From the NCBI GenBank assembly GCA_964035545.1, contig OZ037766.1, positions 17,943,081-18,007,080 of the forward strand: DNA of 64,000 nt. Reading direction: 5' to 3'. Shown here one piece after another: positions 42,901 to 57,100 of this stretch. The notes beneath the pieces are model-generated. The model did no database searches and had not been told where the DNA came from. It was given only the letters and a program-made list of their open reading frames with translations. This stretch comes from Bugula neritina. Taxonomy: Eukaryota > Animalia > Bryozoa. Both the position numbers and the translations under genes were made by a program. Position 1 is the first letter of the stretch, and every line of letters starts with the position of its first letter.

Positions 42901-45339
42901 ATATCTCAGTATGTTACAGTATATTTCAGTATGTTACAGTATATTTCAGTGTGTTACAGTATGTTGAGTATATTTCAGTAGTTTGCAACATATTTCAGTA
43001 GGTTACCAGATATTTCGGTATGTTGCAGCATATTTCAATGTGTTGCAGTGTATTTCAATATGTTACAGTGTATTTCAGTATGTTGCAGTATGTTGCAGTA
43101 TGATGCAGTATGTTTCAGTGTATTTCTGTATGTTACAGTGTATTTCAGTATGTTGCAGTATATCTCAGTATGTTACTGTATATTTCAGTATGTTTCAGTA
43201 TATTTCATTGTATTACAGTAAATTTCAGTATGTTACAGTGCATTTGCAGATATTACACTATACGTCAGTGAGTTTTAGTGTGTTTCAGTATGTTCCAGTA
43301 CATTTAAGTATTTTGCAGTATTTTGCAATATATTTTAGTATGTTACAGTGTATTTCAGTACGTTGCCGTATATTTCAGTATGATACAATAAATTTCAGTG
43401 TGTTACAGTACATTTCTGCAAATTACACTATACTACAGTGAGTTGTAGTATATTTCAGTATCTTGCAGTATATCTCAGTATGTTACAGTATATTTCAGTA
43501 TGTTACAGTACATTTCCGTAAATTATACCATGCTTCAGTGAGTTGTAGTATATTTCAGTATCTTGCAGCATATCTCAGTATGTTACAGTATATTTCAGTA
43601 TGTTACATTATATTTCAGTGTGTTACAGTATGTTGAGTATATTTCAGTAGTTTGCAACATATTTCAGTAGGTTACCAGATATTTCGGTATGTTGCAGCAT
43701 ATTTCAATGTTTTGCAGTGTATTTCAATATGTTACAGTGTATTTCAGTATGTTGCAGTATGTTGCAGTCTGATGCAGTATGTTGCAGTGTATTTCTGATT
43801 GTTACAGTGTATTTCAGTATGTTGCAGTATATTTCAGTATGTTACAGTATGTTTCAGTATGTTGCAGTATACTTCAGTGGGTTATAGTATATTTCAGTAT
43901 GATACAGCGTATTTCAGTATGTTACAGTGTATTTCAGTATGTTACAGTATGTTTCAGTATGTTGCAATATATTTCCGTGGCTTATAGTATATTTCAGTAT
44001 GATACAGCGTATTTCAGTATGTTACAGTGTATTTCAGTATGTTGCAGTATTTTGCAATGCATTTCAGTATGTTACGGTGTATTTCAGTATGTTGCAGTAT
44101 ATTTCAGTATGTTACAATAAATTTCAGTATGTTACAGTACATTTCCTTAAATTACACCATACTTCAGTGAGTTGTAGTATATATCAGTATCTTGCAGTAT
44201 ATCTCAGTATGTTACAGTATATTTCAGTATGTTACAGTATATTTCAGTGTGTTACAGTATGTTGAGTATATTTCAGTAGTTTGCAACATATTTCAGTAGG
44301 TTACCAGATATTTCGGTATGTTGCAGCATATTTCAATGTGTTGCAGTGTATTTCAATATGTTACAGTGTATTTCAGTATGTTGCAGTATGTTGCAGTGTA
44401 TTTCAGTATGTTACAGTGTATTTCAGTAGGTTTCAGTATCTTGCAGTATATTTCAGTATGTTGCAGTATATTTCAGTGGGTTACAGTATATTCCAGTATG
44501 TTCCAGTATGTTGCAGTATATTTCAGTATGTTGCAGTGTATTTCAGTATGTTACAGTGTATTTCAGTATGTTGCAGTATGTTGCAGTGTATTTCTGTATG
44601 TTACAGCGTATTTCTGTATGTTGCAGTATATTTCAGTGGGTTATAGTATATTTCAGTCTGATACAGCGTATTTCAGTATGTTACAGTGTATTTCAGTATG
44701 TTGCAGTATTTTGCAATATATTTCAGTATGTTACAGCGTATTTCAGTATGTTGCAGTATATTTCAGTATGATACAGTACATTTCCGTAAATTACACTATA
44801 CTTCAGTCAGTTGTAGTATATTTCAGTATCTTGCAGTATATCTCAGTATGTTACTGTATATTTCAGTATGTTACAGTATATTTCAGTGTGTTACAGTAAG
44901 TTTCAGTATGTTACAGTGCATTTGCAGATATTACACTATACTTCAGTGAGTTTTCGTGTCTTTCAGTATGTTGCAGTATATTTCAGTATGTTGCAGTATT
45001 TTGCAATACATTTTAGTATGTTACAGTGTATTTCAGTATGTTGCAGTATATTTCAGTATGATACAATAAATTCCAGTATGTTACAGTACATTTCCGTAAA
45101 TTACACTATACTTCAGTGAGTTGTAGTACATTTTGGTATCTTGCAGTATATCTCAGTATGTTGCAGTGTATTTCAGTATGTTACAGTGTATTTCAGTATG
45201 TTGCAGTATGTTGCAGTGTATTTCTGTATGTTACAGCGTATTTCTGTATGTTACAGTGTATTTCAGTAGTTTGCAACATATTTCAGTAGGTTACCATATA
45301 TTTCGGTATGTTGCAGTATATTTCAGTATGTTGCAGTGT

Positions 45340-48300
45340 ATTTCAGTATGTTACAGTGTATTTCAGTATGTTGCAGTATGTTGCAGTGTATTTCTGTATG
45401 TTACAGCGTATTTTTGTATGTTACAGTGTATTTCAGTAGTTTGCAACATATTTCAGTAGGTTACCATATATTTCGGTATGTTGCAGCATATTTCAATGTG
45501 TTGCAGTGTATTTCAATATGTTACAGTGTATTTCAGTATGTTGCAGTATGTTGCAGTGTATTTCTGTATGTTACAGGGTATTTCAGTATGTTGCAGTGTA
45601 TTTCAGTATGTTGCAGTATATTTCAGTATGTTACAGTATGTTTCAGTATGTTGCAGTATATTTCAGTGGGTTATAGTATATTTCAGTATGATACAGCGTA
45701 TTTCAGTATGTAACAGTATATTTCAGTGTGTTACAGTATGTTGAGTATATTTCAGTAGTTTGCAACATATTTCAGTAGGTTACCAGATATTTCGGTATGT
45801 TGCAGCATATTTCAATGTGTTACAGTGTATTTCAGTATGTTGCAATATATTTCAGTATGATACAATAAATTCCTGTATGTTACAGTACATTTCCATAAAT
45901 TACACTATACTTCAGTGAGTTGTAGTGCATTTTGGTATCTTGCAGTATATCTCAGTATGTTACAGTATAGTTCAGTATGTTGCAGTATATTTCAGCGTGT
46001 TTCAGTATATTTCAGTATGTCACAGTGCATTTCCAGATATTACACTATACTTCAGTGAGTTTTATTGTTTTTCAGTATGTTGCAGTATGTTGCAGCGTAT
46101 TTCAGTATCTTACAGTGTATTTCAGTAGGTTTCAGTGTCTTGCAGTATAATTCAGCATGTTGCAGTATATTTCAGGATGTTGCAGTATGTTTCAGTATGT
46201 TACAGTATTTTGCAGTATTTTGCAGTATAGTTCAGTGTGTTACAGTATATTTCATTATGTTGCAGTATGCTGCAGTATATTTCAGTAGTTTGCAACATAT
46301 TTCAGTAGGTTACCATATATTTCGGTATGTTGCAGCATATTTCAATGTGTTGCAGTGTATTTCAATATGTTACAGTGTATTTCAGCATGTTGCAGTATGT
46401 TGCAGTATGCTGCAGTATGTTGCAGTGTATTTCTGTATGTTACAGTGTATTTCAGTATGTTGCAGTATATTTCAGTATGTTACAGTATATTTCAGTATGT
46501 TGCAGTATATTTCAGTGGGTTATAGTATATTTCAGTATGATACGGCGTCTTTCAGTATGTTACAGTGTATTTCAGTATGTTGCAGTATTTTGCAATATGT
46601 TTCAGTATGTTACAGTGTATTTCAGTATGTTGCAGTATATTTCAGTATGTTGCAGTATATTTCAGTGGGTTATAGTATATTTCAGTATGATACAGCGTAT
46701 TTCAGTATGTTACAGTGTATTTCAGTATGTTACAGTATGTTTCAGTATGTTGCAGTATATTTCCGTGGGTTATAGTATATTTCAGTATGATACAGCGTAT
46801 TTCAGTATGTTACAGTGTATTTCAGTATGTTGCGGTATTTTGCAATGCATTTCATTATGTTACAGTGTATTTCAGTATGTTGCAGTATATTTCAGTATGT
46901 TACAATAAATTTCAGTATGTTACAGTACATTTCCGTAAATTATACCATGCTTCAGTGAGTTGTAGTATATTTCGGTATCTTGCAGCATATCTCAGTATGT
47001 TACAGTATATTTCAGTATGTTACAGTATATTTCAGTGTGTTACAGTATGTTGAGTATATTTCAGTAGTTTGCAACATATTTCAGTAGGTTACCAGATATT
47101 TCGGTATTTTGCAGCATATTTCAATGTGTTGCAGTGTATTTCAATATGTTACAGTGTATTTCAGTATGTTGCAGTATGTTGCAGTCTGATGCAGTATGTT
47201 GCAGTGTATTTCTGATTGTTACAGTGTATTTCAGTATGTTGCAGTATATTTCAGTATGTTACAGTATGTTTCAGTATGTTGCAGTATACTTCAGTGGGTT
47301 ATAGTATATTTCAGTATGATACAGCGTATTTCAGTATGTTACAGTGTATTTCAGTATGTTACAGTATGTTTCAGTATGTTGCAATATATTTCCGTGGGTT
47401 ATAGTATATTTCAGTATGATACAGCGTATTTCAGTATGTTACAGTGTATTTCAGTATGTTGCAGTATTTTGCAATGCATTTCAGTATGTTACAGTGTATT
47501 TCAGTATGTTGCAGTATATTTCAGTATGTTACAATAAATTTCAGTATGTTACAGTACATTTCCTTAAATTACACCATACTTCAGTGAGTTGTAGTATATT
47601 TCAGTATCTTGCAGTATATCTCAGTATGTTACAGTATATTTCAGTATGTTACAGTATATTTCAGTGTGTTACAGTATGTTGAGTATATTTCAGTAGTTTG
47701 CAACATATTTCAGTAGGTTACCAGATATTTCGGTATGTTGCAGCATATTTCAATGTGTTGCAGTGTATTTCAATATGTTACAGTGTATTTCAGTATGTTG
47801 CAGTATGTTGCAGTATGATGCAGTATGTTTCAGTGTATTTCTGTATGTTACAGTGTATTTCAGTATGTTGCAGTATATCTCAGTATGTTACTGTATATTT
47901 CAGTATGTTTCAGTATATTTCATTGTATTACAGTAAATTTCAGTATGTTACAGTGCATTTGCAGATATTACACTATACGTCAGTGAGTTTTAGTGTGTTT
48001 CAGTATGTTCCAGTACATTTAAGTATTTTGCAGTATTTTGCAATATATTTTAGTATGTTACAGTGTATTTCAGTACGTTGCAGTATATTTCAGTATGATA
48101 CAATAAATTTCAGTGTGTTACAGTACATTTCTGCAAATTACACTATACTTCAGTGAGTTGTAGTATATTTCAGTATCTTGCAGTATATCTCAGTATGTTA
48201 CAGTTTATTTCAGTATGCTCCAGTATATTTCAGCGTGTTTCAGTATATTTCAGCATGCCAAGGTGCATTTTTAGATTTTTCACTATACTTCAGTGAGTTT

Positions 48301-51128
48301 TAGTGTCTTTCAGTATGTTGCAGTATATTTCGATATCTTGCAACTTATTTCAATGTGTTGCAATGTATTTCAACATGTTACAGTGCATTTCAGTATGTTG
48401 CAGTATGTTGCAGTGTATTTCAGTATGTTACAGTGTATTTCAGTAGGTTTCAGTATCTTGCAGTATATTTCAGTATCTTGCAGTATATTTCAGTGGGTTA
48501 CAGTATATTCCAGTATGTTCCTGTATGTTGCAGTATATTTCAGTATGTTGCAGTGTATTTCAGTATGTTACAGTGTATATCAGTATGTTGCAGTATGTTG
48601 CAGTGTATTTCTGTATGTTACAGCGTATTTCTGTATGTTGCTGTATATTTCAGTGGGTTATAGTATATTTCAGTCTGATACAGCGTATTTCAGTATGTTA
48701 CAGTGTATTTCAGTATGTTGCAGTATTTTGCAATATATTTCAGTATGTTACAGCGTATTTCAGTATGTTGCAGTATATTTCAGTATGTTACAATAAATTT
48801 CAGTATGTTACAGTACATTTCCGTAAATTACACTATACTTCAGTGAGTTGTAGTATATTTCAGTATCTTGCAGTATATCTCAGTATGTTACTGTATATTT
48901 CAGTATGTTACAGTATATTTCAGTGTGTTACAGTAAATTTCAGTATGTTACAGTGCATTTGCAGATATTACACTATACTTCAGTGAGTTTTAGTGTCTTT
49001 CAGTATGTTGCAGTATATTTCAGTATGTTGCAGTATTTTGCAATACATTTTAGTATGTTACAGTGTATTTCAGTATGTTACAGTATGTTTCAGTATGTTG
49101 CAGTATATTTCCCTGGGTTATAGTATATTTCAGTATGATACAGCGTATTTCAGTATGTTACAGTGTATTTCAGTATGTTGCGGTATTTTGCAATGCATTT
49201 CAGTATGTTACAGTGTATTTCAGTATGTTGCAGTATATTTCAGTATGTTACAATAAATTTCAGTATGTTACAGTACATTTCCGTAAATTACACCATGCTT
49301 CAGTGAGTTGTAGTATATTTCAGTATCTTGAAGCATATCTCAGTATGTTACAGTATATTTCATTATGTTACAGTATATTTCAGTGTGTTACAGTATGTTG
49401 AGTATATTTCAGTAGTTTGCAACATATTTCAGTAGGTTACCAGATATTTCGGTATGTTGCAGCATATTTCAATGTGTTGCAGTGTATTTCAATATGTTAC
49501 AGTGTATTTCAGTATGTTGCAGTATGTTGCAGTCTGATGCAGTATGTTGCAGTGTCTTTCTGATTGTTACTGTGTATTTCAGTATGTTACAGTATGTTTC
49601 AGTATGTTGCAGTATACTTCAGTGGGTTATAGTATATTTCAGTATGATACAGTGTATTTCAGTATGTTGCAGTATATTTCAGTATGTTACAATAAATTTC
49701 AGTATGTTACAGTACATTTCCTTAAATTACACCATACTTCAGTGAGTTGTAGTATATTTCAGTATCTTGCAGTATATCTCAGTATGTTACAGTTTATTTC
49801 AGTATGCTCCAGTATATTTCAGCGTGTTTCAGTATATTTCAGCATGCCAAGGTGCATTTTTAGATTTTTCACTATACTTCAGTGAGTTTTAGTGTCTTTC
49901 AGTATGTTGCAGTATATTTCGATATCTTGCAACTTATTTCAATGTGTTGCAATGTATTTCAACATGTTACAGTGTATTCCAGTATGTTGCAGTATGTTGC
50001 AGTGTATTTCAGTATGTTACAGTGTATTTCAGTAGGTTTCAGTATCTTGCAGTATATTTCAGTATGTTGCAGTATATTTCAGTGGGTTACAGTATATTCC
50101 AGTATGTTCCAGTATGTTGCAGTATATTTCAGTATGTTGCAGTGTATTTCAGTATGTTACAGTGTATTTCAGTATGTTGCAGTATGTTGCAGTGTATTTC
50201 TGTATGTTACAGCGTATTTCTGTATGTTACAGTGTATTTCAGTAGTTTGCAACATATTTCAGTAGGTTACCATATATTTTGGTATGTTGCAGCATATTTC
50301 AATGTGTTGCAGTGTATTTCAATATGTTACAGTGTATTTCAGTATGTTGCAGTATGTTGCAGTGTATTTCTGTATGTTACAGGGTATTTCAGTATGTTGC
50401 AGTATATTTCAGTATGTTACTGTATGTTTCAGTATGTTGCAGTATATTTCCGTGGGTTATAGTATATTTCAGTATGATACAGCGTATTTCAGTATGTTAC
50501 AGTGTATTTCAGTATGTTGAAGTATTTTGCAATGCATTTCAGTATGTTACAGTGTATTTCAGTATGTTGCAGTATATTTCAGTATGTTACAATAAATTTC
50601 AGTATGTTACAGTACATTTCCTTAAATTACACCATACTTCAGTGAGTTGTAGTATATTTCAGTATCTTGCAGTATATCTCAGTATGTTACAGTATATTTC
50701 AGTATGTTACAGTATATTTCAGTGTGTTACAGTATGTTGAGTATATTTCAGTAGTTTGCAACATATTTCAGTAGGTTACCAGATATTCCGGTATGTTGCA
50801 GCATATTTCAATGTGTTGCAGTGTATTTCAATATGTTACAGTGTATTTCAGTATGTTGCAGTATGTTGCAGTATGATGCAGTATGTTTCAGTGTATTTCT
50901 GTATGTTACAGTGTATTTCAGTATGTTGCAGTATATCTCAGTATGTTACTGTATATTTCAGTATGTTTCAGTATATTTCATTGTATTACAGTAAATTTCA
51001 GTATGTGACAGTGCATTTGCAGATATTACACTATACGTCAGTGAGCTTTAGTGTGTTTCAGTATGTTCCAGTATATTTAAGTATTTTGCAGTATTTTGCA
51101 ATATATTTTAGTATGTTACAGTGTATTT
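45340..51128 (+). repeat. About 5.8-kb block duplicating about 27820-33609 (offset 17519 bp), truncated by the strand switch
   Basis: Offsets 27959/45478, 28546/46065, 29677/47196, 30774/48293, 31963/49482 and 33237/50756 are all 17519. Confidence 0.85.
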
Positions 51129-51129
51129 G
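51128..51129. other. Satellite strand-switch (inversion) junction
   Basis: ...GTTACAGTGTATT[T]GCAAGATACTGAAATATAC... The + strand array ends at 51128 and the reverse-complement array starts there. One shared T, no inserted sequence. Confidence 0.95.
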
Positions 51130-54100
51130 CAAGATACTGAAATATACTACAACTCTCTGAAGTATAGTGTAATTTACGAAAATGTACTGTAACATACTGA
51201 AATTTATTGTAACATACTGAGTTATACTGCAACATACTGAAATACACTGTAACATACTGAAACATATTGCAAAGTACTGCAACATACTGAAATACACTGT
51301 AACATACTGAAAGACGCTGTATCATAATGAAATATACTATAACCCACTGAAATATACTGCAACATACTGAAATATACTGTAACAAACTGAAATATACTGC
51401 AACATACTGAAATACACTGTAACATACAGAAATACACTGCAACATACTGCAGCAAACTGCAACATACTGCAACATACTGAAATACACTGTAACATATTGA
51501 AATACACTGCAACACATTGAAATATGCTTCAACATACCGAAATATATGGTAACCTACTGAAATATGTTGCAAACTACTGAAATATACTGCAACATACTGC
51601 AACTTAATGAAATATACTGTAACATACTGAAATATACTGGAAGATACTGAAACCTACTGAAATACACTGTAACATACTGAAATACACTGCAACATACTGC
51701 AACATACTGAAATACACTGTAACATATTGAAATACATTGCAACACATTGAAATAAGTTGCAAGATACTGAATTATACTGCAACATACTGAAAGACACTAA
51801 AACTCACTGAAGTATAGTGAAAAATCTGAAAATGCACTGTGGCATACTGAAATATACTGAAACACGCTGAAATATACTGGAACATACTGAAATAAACTGC
51901 AACATACTGAGATATACTGCAAGATACTGAAATATACTACAACTCACTGAAGTATAGTGTAGTTTGCAGAAATGTACTGTAACACACTGAGATTTATTGT
52001 ATCATACTGAAATATACGGCAACGTACTGAAATACACTGTAACATACTGAAATATATTGCAAAATACTGCAACATACTGAAGTATACTGCAACATACTGA
52101 AAGACACTAAAACTCACTGAAGTATAGTGTAATATCTGCAAATGCACTGTAACATACTGAAATTACTGTAACACACTGAAATATACTGTAACATACTGAA
52201 ATATACTGTAACATACGGAGATGTACTGCGAGATACTGAAATATACTACAACTCACTGAAGTATAGTGTAATTTTCGGAAATGTACTGTAACATACTGAA
52301 TTTTATGGTAACATACTGAATTATACTGCAACATACTGAAATATACTGTAACGTACTGAAATATGTTGCAAAATACTGCAACATACTGAAATACACTGTA
52401 ACATACTGAAATACGCTGTATCATACTGAAATATACTATAACCCACTGAAATATACTGCAACATACTGAAATATACTGTAACATACTGAAATATACTGCA
52501 ACATACTGAAATACACTGTAACATACAGAAATACATTGCAACATACTGCAGCATACTGCAACATGCTGCAACATACTGAAATACACTGTAACATATTGAA
52601 ATACACTGCAACACATTGAAATTTGCTGTAACATACTGAGATATACTGCAAGACACTGAAATATACTACAGCTCACTGAAGTATAGTGTAATTTACGGAA
52701 ATGTACTGTAACATACTGAAATTTATTGTAACATACTGAAATATACTGCAACATACTGAAATACACTGTAACATACTGAAATATATTGCAAAATACTGCA
52801 ACATACTGAAATACACTGTAACATACTAAAATACATTGTATCATATTGCAATATGCTATAACCCACTGAAATATACTGCAACTTAGTGAAATATACTGTA
52901 ACATACTGAAATATACTGCAACATACTGAAATACACTGTAACATACAGAAGTACGCTGTAACATACAGAAATACACTGCAACATACTGCAACATACTGAA
53001 ATACACTGTAACATACTGAAACACACTGCAACATACTGAAATATACTGCAACATACTGGAACATACTGGAATATACTGTAACCCACTGAAATATACTGCA
53101 ACATATTGAAATATACTGCAAGATACTGAAACCTACTGAAATACACTGTAACATACTGAAATACACTGCAACATGCTGCAACATACTGAAATACACTGTA
53201 ACATATTGAAATACATTGCAACACATTGAAATAAGTTGCAAGATACCGAAATATACTGCAACATACTGAAAGACACTAAAACTCACTGAAGTATAGTGAA
53301 AAATCTAAAAATGCACTGTGGCATACTGAAATATACTGAAACACGCTGAAATATACTGGAACATACTGAAATAAACTGTAACATACTGAGATATACTGCA
53401 AGATACTGAAATATGCTACAACTCACTGAAGTATAGTGTAATTTACGGAAATGTACTGTAACATACTGAAATTTATTGTAACATACTGAATTATACTGCA
53501 ACATACTGAAAAACACTGTAACATACTGAAAGACACTAAAACTCACTGAAGTATAGTGTAATATCTGCAAATGCACTGTAATATATTGAAATTTACTGTA
53601 ACACAGTGAAATATACTGTAACATACTGAAATATACTGCAACATACTGAGATATACTGCAAGATACTGAAATATACTACAACTCACTGAAGTATAGTGTA
53701 ATTTACGAAAATGTACTGTAACATACTGAAATTTATTGTAACATACTGAATTATACTGCAACATACTGGAATACACTGTAACATACTGAAACATATTGCA
53801 AAATACTGCAACATACTGAAATACGCTGTAACATACTGAAAGCCGCCGTATCATACTGAAATATACTATAACCCACTGAAATATACTGCAACATACTGAA
53901 AAATACTGTAACATACTGAAATATACTGCAACATACTGAAATACACTGTAACATACAGAAATACACTGCAACATACTGCAGCATACTGCAACATACTGCA
54001 ACATGCTGAAATACACTGTAACATACTGAAATATATTGCAAAATACTGCAACATACTGAAATACACTGTAACATACTGAAAGACACTAAAACTAACTGAA

Positions 54101-57100
54101 GTATAGTGTAATATCTGCAAATGCACTGTAACATATTGAAATTTACTGTAACGCAGTGAAATATACTGTAACACACTGAAATATACTGTAACATACTGAG
54201 ATATACTGCAAGATACTGAAATATACTACAACTCACTGAAGTATAGTGTAATTTACGAAAATGTACTGTAACATACTGAAATTTATTGTAACATACTGAA
54301 TTATACTGCAACATACTGAAATACACTGTAACATACTGAAACATATTGTAAAATACTGCAACATGCTGAAATACACTGTAACATACTGAAAGACGCTGTA
54401 TCATACTGAAATATACTATAACCCACTGAAATATACTGCAACATACTGAAATATACTGTAACAAACTGAAATATACTGCAACATACTGAAATACACTGTA
54501 ACATACAGAAATACACTGCAACATACTGCAGCAAACTGCAACATACTGCAACATACTGAAATACACTGTAACATATTGAAATACACTGCAACACATTGAA
54601 ATATGCTGCAACATACCGAACTATATGGTAACCTACTGAAATATGTTGCAAACTACTGAAATATACTGCAACATACTGCAACATAATGAAATATACTGTA
54701 ACACACTGAAATATACTGCAAAATAGTGCAAAATACTGTAACATACTGAAACATACTGCAGCCTCCTGAAATATACTGCAACATGCTGAAATATACTGCA
54801 AGACACTGAAACCTGCTGAAATACACTGTAACATACTGAAATACACTGCAACATACTGCAACATACTGAAATACATAGTAACATATTGAAATGCATTGCA
54901 ACACATTGAAATATGTTGCAAGATACTGAAATATACTGCAACATACTGAACGACACTAAAACTCACTGAAGTATAGTGTAATACCTGAAAATGCACTGTG
55001 ATATACTGAAATACACTGTAACACACTGAAATATACTGCAAAATACTGAAACATACTGAAATATATTGCAAAATACTGCAACATACTGAAATACAGTGTA
55101 ACATACTGAAATACACTGCAACTTATCGGAATAAACTGTAACATACCTAAATATACGGTAATATACTGAAATATACTGTAACACATTGAAAAACACTGCA
55201 ACATACTGAAATACACTGTATCATACTGGAATATACTATAACCCACTGAAATTTACTGCAACATACTGAAAACACTGCAACACATTGAAATATGCTGTAA
55301 CATACCGAAATATATGGTAACGTACTGAAATATGTTGCAAACTACTGAAATACACTGTAACATACTGAAATACACTGCAACATACTGAAATATACTGCAA
55401 GATACTGAAACCCACTGAAATACACTGTAACATACTGAAATACACTGCAACACACTGCAACATACTGAAATACACTGTAACATATTGAAATACATTGCAA
55501 CACATTGAAATAAGTTGCAAGATACCGAATTATACTGCAACATACTGAAAGACACTAAAACTCACTGAAGTATAGTGAAAAATCTGAAAATGCACTGTGG
55601 CATACTGAAATATACTGAAACACGCTGAAATATACTGGAACATACTGAAATAAACTGCAACATACTGAGATATACTGCAAGATACTGAAATATACTACAA
55701 CTCACTGAAGTATAGTGTAAGTTGCAGAAATATACTGCAACACACTGAAATTTATTGTATCATACTGAAATATACGGCAACGTACTGAAATACACTGTAA
55801 CATACTGAAATATATTGCAAAATACTGCAACATACTGAAGTATACTGCAACATACTGATAGACACTAAAACTCACTGAAGTATAGTGTAATATCTGCAAA
55901 CGCACTGTAACATACTGAAATTTACTGTAACACACTGAAATATACTGTAACATACTGAAATATACTGTTACATACTGAGATATACTGCAAGATACTGAAA
56001 TATACTACAACTCACTGAAGTATAGTGTAATTAACGGAAATGTACTGTAACATACTGAAATTTATTGTAACATACTGAATTATACTGCAACATACTGAAA
56101 TACACTGTAACATACTGAAAGACACTAAAACTCACTGAAGTATAGTGTAATATCTGCAAATGCACTGTAACATATTGAAATTTACTGTAACACAGTGAAA
56201 TATACTGTAACATACTGAAATATACTGTAACATACTGAGATATACTGCAAGATACTGAAATATACTACAACTCACTGGAGTATAGTGTAATTTACGAAAA
56301 TGTACTGTAACATACTGAAATACACTGTAACATACTGAAACATATTGCAAAATACTGCAACATAGTGAAATACACTGTAACATACTGAAAGACGCCGTAT
56401 CATACTGAAATATACTATAACCCACTGAAATATACTGCAACATACTGAAATATACTGCAACATACTGGAACATACTGGAATATACTGTAACCCACTGAAA
56501 TATACCGCAACATACTGAAATATACTGCAAGATACTGAAACCTACTGAAATACACTGTAACATACTGAAGTACACTGCAGCATACTGCAACATACTGAAA
56601 TACACTGTAACATATTGAAATACAATGCAACACATTGAAATAAGTTGCAAGATACCGAAATATACTGCAACATTTTGAAAGACACTAAAACTCACTGAAG
56701 TATAGTGAAAAATCTGAAAATGCACTGTGGCATACTGAAATATACTGAAACACGCTGAAATATACTGGAACATCCTGAAATAAACTGTAACATACTGAGA
56801 TATACTGCAAGATACTGAAATATACTACAACTCACTGAAGTATAGTGTAATTTACGGAAATGTACTGTAACATACTGAAATTTATTGTAACATACTGAAT
56901 TATACTGCAACATACTGAAATACACTGTAACATACTGAAACATATTGTAAAATACTGCAACATGCTGAAATACACTGTAACATACTGAAAGACGCCGTAT
57001 CATACTGAAATATACTATAACCCACTGAAATATACTGCAACATACTGAAAAATACTGTAACATACTGAAATATACTGCAACATACTGAAATACACTGTAA

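Larger units (their letters stand above)
3083..51128 (+). repeat. 10-bp monomer satellite array, left domain (CAGT strand on +), main body
   Basis: Uninterrupted tandem 10-mers over about 48 kb with a T-rich + strand. Phase shifts occur only at a recurrent 9-bp monomer and one +1 insertion near 40340. Confidence 0.98.

Noticed and set aside
51100-51160. Fold-back (palindromic read) artefact as the explanation of the strand switch
   Set aside because: The two sides are not mirror copies: they differ in module order, diagnostic variants and HOR periods. A misjoin of two real arrays cannot be excluded without reads.
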